Positions 1 to 11,171 of a stretch of DNA of 64,000 bases are shown here, piece by piece. The notes under the pieces are model-generated. The model was not told the DNA's origin and ran no database searches. It was given only the letters and a program-made list of their open reading frames with translations. Origin of the DNA: Octopus sinensis (Eukaryota); assembly GCF_006345805.1 (NCBI RefSeq), contig NC_043007.1, positions 70,680,001 to 70,744,000 of the forward strand. The letters run 5' to 3'. Position numbers and translations under genes: made by a program. How positions within the stretch are numbered: position 1 is the first letter of the stretch; every line of letters starts with the position of its first letter.

Positions 1-810
1 AAGAAATATCCATCCTTGTGGATCGAATATGTATTTATTATCCATTATCAAGTTGTGTTTTATCTTTGCTACTTTTTTGATCTCTATAATGACTTCTCTA
101 AACTTGCTAACAAAATCTTTGTATCAACCATTATACATGGAAGCACTTACATTCTCTTTGTCATTCATTGTTTTCAATCAAACATCAAAGATACTTCTTT
201 CTTTCCAAAGCTGAAATTCTATTAAAAAATGCAAGAAAAATATCAATCATATTAAATAAAACCTTTTCCCACTGTTGGTGATTGAACAACATTTCTCTTA
301 GTTTTTCTCTGAAATACCATTTAATTAATTGTGTAAAGTAATGATTTTTGCTGTTTTATCTTCATTTTGGAAATTCCAAGTAACTCTTTTTGGGTATTTC
401 ATTTTTGATCTTCAACTGGAACATTTGATACAAAACGAAAGTCTTTGCATCTCAATGAATTACTAAATCTACTTTTAAAATAAGTAGTCATTGCTGTGGT
501 AAGCTGTTGCTTTCTAGGGCCTGTGGTTATGATTCAATACAATAAAATAACAAAGTACTTTTATGTGCTGCCTTCGTAACACCCGGGTTATGTATTTCGT
601 CAGTGAACCATTGGTAGACAAACAACAGCCTATCATTTCAGTCAGCTGTGACTCTTAGAAACATAATAGCAACTGCTTGAATTATTCATTACCTCATTAA
701 ATAAAATTATATGAAAGTCAGGAAAATCACAATAGAATGTTTAAAGTAGAACAAAAGTTAAAGAAAACCTGTTCTAAATTTTTTATTATTTCATCTTTCC
801 AGAATATTAT

Positions 811-1399
811 CTTCTACCTTTTACTTGTTTCAGTTATTAGACTGTGGCCATGCTGGGGCACCACCTTCAAGAATTTTAGTTGAATGAATCGACCTCAGTA
901 TGGCGAGCTGGCAGAATCGTTAGCATGCCGGGCGAGATGCTTTGCAGTATTTTGTCTGCCGTTATGTTCTGAGTTCAAATTCCGCCGAGGTCGACTTTGC
1001 CTTTCATCCTTTCGGGGTCGATAAATTAAGTACCAGTTACGCACTGGGATCGATGTAATCAACTTAATCCGTTTGTCTGTCTTTGTTTGTCCCCTCTATG
1101 TTTAGCCCCCTGTGGGTAATAAAGAAATAGAATCGACCTCAGTACCCTTTTCTTTTTTTAAAGCCTGGTACTTATTCTGTCAATGCCTTTTGCTGAACTG
1201 CTAAGTTATGGGGGATGTAAACAAACCAACACTAGTTGTCAAGCAGTGGCAAGAGACACAGACAAAGACAAACACATTCACAAGGCTTTTGTCAGCCTGA
1301 AGTTATAGTGGAAGACACTTGCTGAAGGTGCCATGCAGTGGAACTGAACCTAGGACCATGTGGTTGTGATGCAAACTTCTTATCACACTGCCTGCACCT
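811..1399 (-). mobile_element. tRNA-derived SINE, family B (interrupted by a family A SINE)
   Basis: Matches the ~420-bp repeat seen more than 10 times in the window (head ...ggcaccttgggcaagtgtcttc..., tail ...gactgaaacaagtaaaagag on the element strand); split at 900/1130. Confidence 0.85.
901..1129 (+). mobile_element. tRNA-derived SINE, family A, with 15-bp TSD
   Basis: ggcgagctggcag...gttcaaattcc (B-box-like)...aaagaaata; flanked by GAATCGACCTCAGTA at 886-900 and 1130-1144. Confidence 0.9.
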
Positions 1400-1602
1400 A
1401 TTTATTTTAACTGTTCCCATTAACACATTCATTATGACTGGACCTCTCTAACTGGATGTCTGACAGAGTTTATGAAGTAGGAACACTCAACATTTCACTT
1501 TAATCAGGTCAAGTTCTTGAAGATGAAGGACTGAAAGCTTGGCTGTCTTCAGTTTTCTCATGATTTTTTTTCTTAACTGTCACTATATTCTGCTATACAA
1601 TG

Positions 1603-1882
1603 AAGTTGTGTGGCTTAGTGGTTAAAGTATTCAGCTCACAGTCATAAGGTCATGAGTTCAATTCCAGGTAGCACACTGTGTCCTTGAGCAAGACATTTTA
1701 TTTTATGTTGCTCCAGTCCACTCAGCTGGCAAAAATGAATCGCACCTCTATTTCAAAAGGGCCAGCGTTGTCACTTTCTGTGTCACACTGAATCTCCCTG
1801 AGACCTACATCAAGGCTACACATACCTGTGGCGTGCTCAGCTACTTGTACAATGATTTCACAAGCAGGCTGTTCCATTGATC
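1603..1882 (+). mobile_element. tRNA-derived SINE, family D
   Basis: A-box-like tggcttagtggtt, B-box-like gagttcaattcc, gtccttgagcaag core; homologous copy at 25812-26135. Confidence 0.75.
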
Positions 1883-1913
1883 AGAGTGCCAGATATTCTG
1901 CTATATTCTTCTA

Positions 1914-2671
1914 CTAGCACTATGACCCGGCGTTGCCGGGTCTAGTACTAGTCAAGCATATTTGGTCTTTCATGAAAATCCCGCTCTCTTGTCATTCACT
2001 TGGTCTAACTCGTTAATTATTCCCTGCATTTCTCAAATCAAAAAAGCTTGCACATTTGAAAGCCAAAACACATGATGACGTGTCTTCGCAAAACACAAAA
2101 ATGCACTGAGTCATACAGACTGTCTGCAAATGCACATACGCATTCAACTGTCAAGGGTAAAATTATCTCCGTCCAATCAAAAAACAGCTGGCAGTCTATT
2201 GGCATATCTAGCTGTACGCTTGCACCGCGTACAAATTTCTATGTTTTAGCTATTTTGAATGGATATGCCCATAACTTATGGGCATAAGGGGCTGGTTTAT
2301 CGATTTTTTAATGGCTTTCTGGGGTGACTGGGAAAATGAAAAGATCTTCACGACCACCCTCAGACAGTTTTGAAAGCCTATAGAAAATGCAAGCCTTTTA
2401 CGTGAAAAACTGTGTCAGGTGTCCCAGATAAACCAACTTCATGGCAGGAGGTGCAGATGAGGGCAGCTGCATCAAACTCTCTCATGCACCAAATGTCAAT
2501 TGCTAAAAAGCATTCATGAAGTAAAATCATGTAGCAACATCAAATGGTGGTGCCCCAGCATGGCCACAGCTTGTGAGCTGAAACTAGATGAAATAAAAAA
2601 TTAAAAAAAATTTGTATAAAGGACACACTGACACACAGATACACAGACATTTTGCCGTTTATAAATATAGA
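1914..2671 (-). mobile_element. Non-autonomous Helitron
   Basis: Minus strand: 5' TCTATATTTATAAACGGC...GTCTG (like 63648), 3' hairpin CCCGGC-AAC-GCCGGG (1926-1940), then CTAG (1914-1917) followed by T. Confidence 0.75.
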
Positions 2672-2984
2672 AATATTCTGTTGATACAACCAGTAATACT
2701 ATAGTTTGATTCCATTTAATTGCACAAGTTTTCATAACATCAGCACATGCTTAGCATGAAATATATCTATGATGGACCACTATATGTGAATGGTATAAAT
2801 TTTGGTTAATTGCAGTATGCTTTTTTTTTTAGAAATTTAGAGAAAAAAAATGTACAAAGATGTAGCATAAAATTGAATATTTTTTGATTTTATAAGAATA
2901 AAGAAATTCTGGGAGCTTCTGCTGTAAGAATGAAAGACAATAATTTACATTGGGCTTGTAAACAACCAATTCGAAAGAGTTCAG

Positions 2985-3155
2985 TCATCATCATCATCAT
3001 CATCATCACTATCATCATCATTATCCATCATCATCACTATAATCACCACCACTACTACCACCACCACTGCCATCATCATCATCTTCCATCATCATCATCT
3101 TCCACCATCATTATCTTCCATCATCATCATCATCATCATCACCATCACCATCATA
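2985..3155. repeat. Compound (CAT)n/(CAC)n microsatellite
   Basis: Direct reading; explains the poly-H/I ORF 2930-3187. Confidence 0.95.
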
Positions 3156-4041
3156 TACAATTATTCTTACCTTTTTCAAGGAACTGAAGATTGCCATAAT
3201 TCAGATATTACTGTATTTTAATAATCAATAAATGTTCATTATAGATAAAATTTACGAAAATCTCATTTCCAATCATCTGCTGATCTTTCCCTGATTGACT
3301 CCAACCACAGAAGTCTTTGATTGATTTAATGAAGTTCTTCTTAATTCCTAAGACTGTTTATGTCATCAAGTGGGAGGTATGACTTTGACTCAACATTGGT
3401 GATTGAAGAATATCAAAAGAATTACATAACTGTTCTCAGTGGGGGTAGGTTAAGCAGTTGTCATGGTAATAGGTATCAGTTAGAAAATGGCTTTTTTTGT
3501 ATGTCCTTTAATGATGGGGAAAGGAAGTATCTATGATTGGTTGAGAGATGATTATCCTCAAAGACGAGTCCTGGTGACCAAGCAATAGATGGACTCCAAT
3601 AAAGACATAGAAGATGTCAGGTGAGGATGTTACATCAGGCAAGAAGAGATCAAGCCTACGAAGGAGGGATTTGAACCCAGAATACAAACAGTCATAACAA
3701 TTACCACAAGGTATCTTGTGTGATGCTGTAACAATTTTACCAGTCTAAATTGCCCCAGAGTGGTACTTTATTTAATCAATCCTAGAATGTAATAAGTTAT
3801 AAATAAACTTTATTTATCACTACAGAATGCAACAAGCTGTCAAGGTGTAAATAAACACCACAAGGTATTCAGTCAGATGCTTTGCTGATTCTGTGAATTT
3901 ACCCCCTGAGCTGATGTGTTGGTGTGCTTAGAAGAAATAAATTTTGTAGAGACAAAAACAGAAATGTTTCAGTTTGTTATGCGACACCTACATGTGGAAC
4001 ATGGGCATAAAATTATTATTATTATTATTATCATTATTATT

Positions 4042-4567
4042 GAGTGAGAGAGAAATGCATGCCATCAAAGTGACACTGGGGTAAAATATAGGAAGCCCAG
4101 TATACCCATTATGACTACCTGTCTGATAAGGGTACACTAGGCACATGCATCACAACCATATGTGCATGACATGATTTCATATCAAGAAAAACAGCACATG
4201 ACCTTGCAAGTGGGGCCCAGTTAGAATTTTCTTCAGGTCCCTGAATAAGGGTTATTTAAGGATGTTGAACGAAACACTCATGTTTCCAAGGGTGAATTAT
4301 TCAAACCCCAAAGTATCCCTCTCAACACATGGCTATGATGCTCCCCCACTACTTCTGCTTGTGATCAGAGATGCACATATTGTCATCCACAAAGGGACAT
4401 GCTCAACTGGTTAAGGTCAAACAACTGACAAGCAAATCTGTGGTATTGAGCAGAATATTTGCTGTAGCCCATCTTTTATACCAAGACAAAACAATGTACA
4501 TGATGACACTTCCAATCAGTTAAGATCAGAAGCGATGAGAGCCACTGCCTGGTACTACATCAGGGCA
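4042..4567 (-). mobile_element. ~525-bp non-coding retroelement embedded in (TAA)n
   Basis: Copies at 60663-61149 and 61193-61470 share the left end (gagtgagagag...) next to (ATT)n and are truncated on the right; this copy has (ATT)n on both sides. Confidence 0.8.
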
Positions 4568-4585
4568 TTTATTATTATTATTATT

Positions 4586-4788
4586 CAGTAGTTTTATTTT
4601 TATAGCGTGCTTTCACTTCACTACCGAGCGCAGCTCTGTGTGCCTTGGGTATGTGCTGTGATTTGTTGTGATGCTCTGATGGTTATTGTATGGAAAGTGT
4701 TCTGCGTAGGATGTGTGCAGTGCCTAGTAGTGCAATTTTCTGTATGTTATATGTGTTTGTAAGTCCTGGTGTTTTTGTTATGTTTTTG

Positions 4789-4792
<4 letters not shown>
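4586..4792 (-). mobile_element. 5'-truncated R4/Dong-like LINE 3' end
   Basis: Minus translation KTPGLTNTYNIQKIALLGTAHILRRTLSIQ* matches the C-terminus of the 56.9-kb element (IQKIVLMGTAHILRKILSM*); 3' UTR; (ATT)n on both sides. Confidence 0.8.
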
Positions 4793-4856
<64 letters not shown>

Positions 4857-4860
4857 CATT

Positions 4861-5471
4861 ATCTCCACCTTAGCGAAGGTGGAGGTATTGTGTTCAATCA
4901 TGTTTGTTTGTTCATTTGTCTGTGGACAAGATATCTCAAGAACAGCTGGATGGATTCGGATTAAACTTTCAAGGATATTTGGGTGTGAAATAGAAAGATA
5001 TCCATTTTCCTCAAAGTTATGAGGGAAAAACATTGGATCTTGTGAATTTTCCATAGTCCTCTTCCCACCCCTTGGGAAAAATTTTCCCCACAAATTTATT
5101 TATAATCGTAATCTATATCATTTGAAAGGTATTTATATAAAATTTCATTAAAAAAAAACCATTTTTCTAAAAGTTATGAGGGAAAAACATTGGATCTTGT
5201 GAATTTTCCAAAGGCCTCTCCCCACCCCCCATTGCTTTCCTGGCATTTTTGTTTTCATATTCGTTTCCTACACCTTTGTTTTACATCCGTTACACTATTT
5301 TATTTTTCGATTTCATTTCCAGGTAATAATGTCAACATTAACCGTTTTCTCATTTGTGAGAGCAGTTGAGTTTATTTCAGATATTCTCATTTTAAAAATC
5401 ATTTCTGGCTAATTGCTGAGAGGACGTTGGTGTTGCCTTGGCAGAAGTTTGTGCTCTCTGAGTGCTCTTGT
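4861..5471 (+). mobile_element. HINE/DINE-1-like non-autonomous Helentron
   Basis: 5' hairpin ctccacctt-agcg-aaggtggag, then tgtttgtttgt..gtctg and ggatggattcgg..aaacttt; 3' ccttggcagaag..gctctctgagtgc; internal ~60-bp direct repeat (about 5013-5070 and 5170-5228). Confidence 0.6.
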
Positions 5472-6185
5472 TATTATTATAATTAGTTTTGCTGTTGATC
5501 TGTAAATAGAGAAAATATTTTGAGTTTAGGAATTTCTTGTTGAGTTTTTGTGGATTAATTTCATTGGTTTGTTGAGGAGGAAAGAGTCTGTGTCGATGGA
5601 GTTTGTAAGTCCTTCAACACCTGTGAGATTGAAAGAATTAACTGTGACAGATTGATAGCTGCAGGGAAGAAGTTGCAGAGGGTGAATAGTTCTGGGGGGA
5701 AGTAGGATTGAGCATAAGGGTTCATGCTGGGCTCGGGGTGGGAGAAGAGCACAATAAGGGTAAGAAGGAAGGATCTAGATTCACAAAATTAGCCCCCTTT
5801 AATTTTGCTCAGATTGCTTTCAATTTTGGCATATCAATGCAAGTCTGAATTTTGATTATGATTAACCAATTACTTTATCTCGTAAATTAAAGAATCTCAT
5901 GTTATTTGGAATTAAAGTTGAAAAAATTTGGTTAATTTTAGCCCATCAACAGACAGCGAGGCATTAACAACTTATTACCATGACAACCGCATGTTGTGCT
6001 GTGTTTCACTTCACCCGTACATTATGCTGTGTTGATTCTTCACACCACAAGATTTACTTCACCCGAATGTTTTGTTTTTATAAAAGTTTATATTTATCAA
6101 TTAGAATTTTATTGTAGATATTTTTTGTCAACTGCCTTAATATTTTACATATCTTTCATATATTTTCCACATATATTTTACATAT

Positions 6186-6593
6186 ACTCTTTTACTCTTT
6201 TACTTGTTTCAGTCATTTGACTGCGGCCATGCTGGAGCATCGCCTTTATAGTCGAGCAAATTGACCCCAGAGTTTATTCTTTGTAAGCCTAGTACTTATT
6301 TTATTGGTCTCTTTTGCCGAACCACTAAGTTATGGGGACGTAAACACACCAGCATCTGTTGTCAAGTGATGCTGGGAGGACAAACAGACACACAAATATA
6401 CACACGCATATATATATATATATATATATACGACGGGCTTCTTCCAGTTTCCATCTACCAAATCCACTCACAAGGCTTTGGTCGGCCCGGGGCTATAGTA
6501 GAAGACACTTGCCCAAGGTGCTACGCCGTGGGACTGAACCAGGGACCATGTGGTTGGTAAGCAAGCTACTTACCACACAGCCACTCCTGCACC
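6186..6593 (-). mobile_element. SINE family B (in left arm of foldback)
   Basis: Full-length match to family B with internal (AT)n. Confidence 0.9.
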
Positions 6594-6940
6594 TATATTT
6601 CATGAAGTTTTTCTGTTTTTACATTTGTTACAATGAATGCCTTTCAGTTTAAACCCAGGTCAGGCCAGAATGAGCCATTTTATATTTTTATTGAAGATGT
6701 AGGACAAAATTATCTAATGTGTCCTTCATTTTTAGAATGTTAGCGCATAGTATGAGGGAGGATTTTCCACAATTTATTTAGTGAATGGTGTATTTTTCTT
6801 AATAGTTGAGAAACATTCACTTGAAACTCTGGCTATGTCCATCATGTGTCACACTGAATCTGTCCCAGAATTACATTAAGGTCACCTATATCTATGGAAT
6901 ACTCAGCCAAATTACACTGTAATTAGATCATAGACCTGTT

Positions 6941-7296
6941 ATAACACTGAGCACCTTTTCAAACTCCACCTGTCTAACACCCGTGGACATGTTTACAAAG
7001 TCAGAAAACAGCACAGCTCCCATGACTTTTGGAAACATTTTTTCACGTTAAGAGTTGCTGAAGTATGGAACAAACTGCCGGCATCAGTTGTTAGTTGTCG
7101 GAGCACTGCATCCTTCAAAACTTCCATGCTTCCTGAGATTCGCCAACACTACACCTGATTTTCTCCCCTCCATACACATGCAAGCATGTATCTGACTCAT
7201 ACACTGTTCACTTCTCAGACATTTGTACATTACTGCATATGCTTTATATGCACTTTTGACAAGTTGTGGTGCACCTGAGCACTATATACAATAATT

Positions 7297-7355
<59 letters not shown>
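6941..7355 (+). mobile_element. CR1-clade LINE 3' end with (ATT)n tail
   Basis: Translation EHLFKLHLSNTRGHVYKVRK...HFFTLRVAEVWNKLPASVV shows the CR1-type TRGH and FF..RV...WN.LP motifs. Confidence 0.75.
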
Positions 7356-8026
7356 TTTATTTCTATTAATTAAAAGGCCTAGCCATGTCACACAGGGTTG
7401 TATTGATTCTACTTATGGATTATGTTGTGGGCACATGTATGCTGTGGTATACTTGGCTAGTTATATGTTAATATAATGTGTAACCAAAAGACTACAAGCT
7501 GACAGAATCATTAGCACACTGGGTAAAATGTTTTACATTCTGAGTTCAAATTCTACTTAGGTTGACTTTGCCTTTCATCCTTTGACGATTGATAAAATAA
7601 GAACCTGTTGAATGTATAACCAGTTCAGTTGATCATACAACTGGAGTGATCATCCTAGAAACAGATGAAGATCCATTTCCTTTTGTTTTGGTTTACTTAT
7701 ACACACCTGCAAATGAGCCAATGAAGTAATCTTGGTGTGGTTGTTTAATTTGCTAGAAATAACAGCCAAATTTTCCTTAATGCTCTAACATTTTAAAAAT
7801 GAAGGACACATTTAATAATGTTGTCCTACATCTTCAATAAAAATATAGAATGGCTCATTCTGGTCTGACCTGGGTTTAAACTGAAAGGCATTCATTGCAA
7901 TGAGTGTAAACACAGAAAAACTTCACAAAATATATGTAAAATATATATGAAAAATATATGAAAAATATGTAAAATATTAAGGCAATTGACAAAAAATATC
8001 GACATTAAAATTCTAATTGATACTCT

Positions 8027-8445
8027 CTCTTTCTCTTTTACTCTTTTACTTGTTTCAGTCATTTGACTGTGGCCATGCTGGAGCACCACCTTTGGTAGAG
8101 TATATCAACCCCAGGACTTATTCTTTGTAAGCCTAGTACTTATTCTATCGGTCTCTTTTGCCGAACTGCTAAGTTACGGGGACTTAAACACACCAGCATC
8201 AGTTGTCAAGCGATGTTGGGGGAGGGGTAACAAACATAGACATACAAACATATACACACACATACATATATATACAAATATACGATGGGCTTCTTTCAGT
8301 TTCTGTCTACCGAATCCACTCACAAGGTTTTCGTCTGCCCGAGGTTATAGTAGAAGATACTTGCCCAAGGTACCACGCAGTGGGACTGAACCCGGAACCA
8401 TGTGGTTCCAAGGCAAGCCACATACCACACAGCCACTCCTATGCC
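8027..8445 (-). mobile_element. SINE family B (in right arm of foldback)
   Basis: Full-length family B match; same genomic orientation as the left-arm copy but at a different arm position. Confidence 0.9.
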
Positions 8446-9029
8446 TAAATATAAATTTTTATTAAAACAAAACACATGGGTGAAGTAAATCTTGTGGTGT
8501 GAAGAATCAACACAACACAACGTGCAGGTGAAATGAAACACAACACATATGGTTGTCATGGTAACAAGCTGTTAATGCCTTGCTGTCTGTTGATGGGCTA
8601 AAATTACCCAAATTTTTCCAACTTTAATTCCAAATAACATGAGATTCTTCAATTTATGAGATAAAGTAATTGGTTGATTGTAATTAAAATTCAGAGTTGC
8701 ATCGATACACCAAAATTAAAAGCAATCTGAGCAAAATTAAAGGGGCTGATTTTGTGAATCAGTTTAACTAGATCCAGAGAGACAAGGGATTTGGAAGTGG
8801 CTGAATGGATGGGGGCATGAGATCAGCAAGGAGGAGAGGTCACTGTAGCTGTAGCAGAAAAGACAATGAGAAAGAGGGGGAGCAAAAGATGGAGAAAGTG
8901 AAAAATAGGGAGGATGTTATTAAGAGGCTGGAGGCTGGAGTATGTCCATGACTGATGTCATGCTAGTTAGTGAGGTCAGTAAGGTGGATTATTATCTTGA
9001 TACTGTCTAGAATGTGTGTGTAGAAGTAG

Positions 9030-9365
9030 TAAAACAAAAAAACTCCCATTGGTCATGAATGACCATGGGATTGCACCTAGAAAGTTCCCCCTTCAAGGCA
9101 CAAGTCCAGGCAAGGTTGTTTATGGAAGACCAATGGTCGACCATGCATATCTGCCTTCCCTCTCCATGCCACTGATATTATCCATGGGAAAGGCAAAGGC
9201 TGATACAGCTTGGCACCAGTGATGTTGCAACTCATTTCTATAGATGAGTGAACTGGAGCAATGTGAAATAAAGTGTCTTGCTCAAGAACAAAACACAGTC
9301 CGGACCGGGAATTGAACTCACTACCTCATAATTGTGAGCTTGACACTCTAACTACTGAGCCATGC
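9030..9365 (-). mobile_element. tRNA-derived SINE, family E
   Basis: Minus strand atggctcagtagttagagtg...gagttcaattccc...ttcttgagcaagacact head and core. Confidence 0.7.
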
Positions 9366-9483
9366 ATCTGTCCCAGGAATAGGAGCAGAACTCCCTAGGA
9401 ACTCACTACCTCATAATTGTGAGCTTGACACTCTAACTACTGGGCCATGCATCTGTCCCAGGAATAGGAGCAGAACTCCCTAG
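9314..9483. repeat. 85-bp tandem duplication spanning the SINE head and flank
   Basis: gaactcactacctc...gaactccctag at 9314-9398 and 9399-9483, one mismatch seen. Confidence 0.9.
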
Positions 9484-9867
9484 GGATAACAACTGTTTGG
9501 GGATGAAGTATTTTCTGACCCAAAAGATAAAGGCCATTCAAACTCACTGTGCAACAACAGGTCGCATTGTATGTGCCTTGTGTTTACCAGTATTTTTCAT
9601 GCTAGACTTGTTTGTGGTGATAGCAAAATTTTGAGAAATTTAAATACAGGGAGCCCTTTACCTTCTGTCCACCAATATAGATTTTTCTTAATTCTGGTTT
9701 ATTTTTGATTCATTTGGTCTGAAGAAAGGAACTGTACATATGGTCTTTTTAGGTCCTGTTTTCAGCGAATTAGCAGAAAGCAAGTGCACACAAGCAGGAC
9801 AGAAAATTTGCTTCAAGGACACACTCAAAGCCACAGTCTCCCCTAGTTATGGCTACTTACTACAAGT

Positions 9868-10181
9868 GTGTGGAGGCACATGGCCTAGTGGTTAGACCAG
9901 CGGACTCATGGTCAAGGGATTGCGGGTTCAAATCTCAGACCGAGCGATATGTGTGCTTATGAGTGAAACACCTAAGCTCCACGCGGCTCTGGCAGAAGGT
10001 AATGGCGAAACTTCTGCTGACTCTTTCGCCACAACTTTCTCTCACTCTTTCCTCTTGCATCTTGCAGCTCACCTGCGACGGACTGGCATCCCGTCCAGGT
10101 GGGGAACCTATACGCCAAGAAACTGGGAAACTGGCCCTTATGAGCCAGGCATGGCTCGAGAAGGAACAAACAACAACAACC
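9868..10181 (+). mobile_element. tRNA-derived SINE, family C, with 10-bp TSD
   Basis: ggaggcacatggcctagtggttag...gggttcaaatc, (CAA)n tail; TACTACAAGT at 9858-9867 and 10182-10191. Confidence 0.9.
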
Positions 10182-10426
10182 TACTACAAGTAAGAGAACT
10201 GAGAGCATTAGTGGTGATAGAGAATGTAAATATCAATCCTTATTGATTAAAGATAAAGTAGGACTCTTCCTGGTATTTTAGATGCCTGGGAGGCGTGTCA
10301 TGTCTGGTAAGTTCACTGTCATCAGTTAATTGCAGGGAAAGTTCACTGATATCATTTCACTGCAGGAAAAGTTCACCATCATCAATTCACTGTTTTGTTT
10401 TTTTTCAATAAAATACTTTTTAACTA

Positions 10427-10915
10427 CCGAAAATCCTCGAGTATAGTCCGCCCTTGAGTATAATACGCAGGGGATTTTTAGGGGGCTGTACCTCTGAAAA
10501 ACCTAAACCTTGTGTATAATACGCACCTCTTCTCTAACTTGAGTCAAGGAGGTCTATATAACGTCCTTGGTTTGTAAAAATGTATACGGTAACGTCCTAT
10601 ATTATTATTGTATATATAACATAATGCAAATGTGTAGCTTTTTTGTGCATTTTGTTTGCAGAAAATAAAGAAATAACAGTAATAACAGTAATAACGTTTA
10701 ATAAATGTTGCTAACTGCAAGTTATGGATGATTTAAGGTATTTTCGTGCCCTACATCACAAAATGTATCTAAATAAACATTGCTGGACAACAAATAGAGA
10801 CTTGGACATTGCTTAGAAAATAATTTTCATTTTTGACCTCATATATGGTACGCACTAGGGATTTTGTGCTTTAAATTTTGGGAAAGAGGTGCGGATTATA
10901 CTCGAGGATTTACGG
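10427..10915 (-). mobile_element. pogo/Passer-type MITE
   Basis: TIRs CCGAAAATCCTCGAGTATAGTCCGC / GCGGATTATACTCGAGGATTTACGG; TA at 10425-26 and 10916-17; deletion derivative of the 12662-13602 family. Confidence 0.85.
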
Positions 10916-10929
10916 TATTAATGGTGAGA

Positions 10930-11171
10930 ATTAATACAAAGGCGGCGAGCTGGCAGAAACGTTAGCACGCCGGGTGAAATTCGTAGCCGTATTTCGTCTA
11001 CCGTTATGTTCTGAGTTGAAATTCCGCCATGGTCGACTTTGCCTTTCATCCTTTCGGGGTCGATAAATTAAGTACCAGTTATGCACTGGGGTCGATGAAA
11101 TCGACTTAATCCATTTGTCTGTCCTTGTTTGTCCTCTCTGTGTTTAGCCCCTTGTGGGTAGTAAAGAAATA
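10930..11171 (+). mobile_element. SINE family A with 16-bp TSD
   Basis: GGTATTAATGGTGAGA at 10914-10929 and 11172-11187. Confidence 0.9.

Larger units (their letters stand above)
5776..8770. mobile_element. Academ-like non-autonomous foldback DNA transposon with ~570-bp TIRs
   Basis: TAG (5776-5778)...CTA (8768-8770); GATC at 5772-5775 and 8771-8774; 5776-6748 is the reverse complement of 7780-8770 once one SINE per arm is removed. Confidence 0.7.

Noticed and set aside
151-210. Minus-strand 60-nt exon-like segment with a GTAAGT donor
   Set aside because: Stops in all frames; better explained as part of the decayed ORF.
5540-5770. Purine-rich flanks of the foldback (also 8776-8960) as a LINE endonuclease remnant
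   Set aside because: Only vague resemblance; no diagnostic motif.
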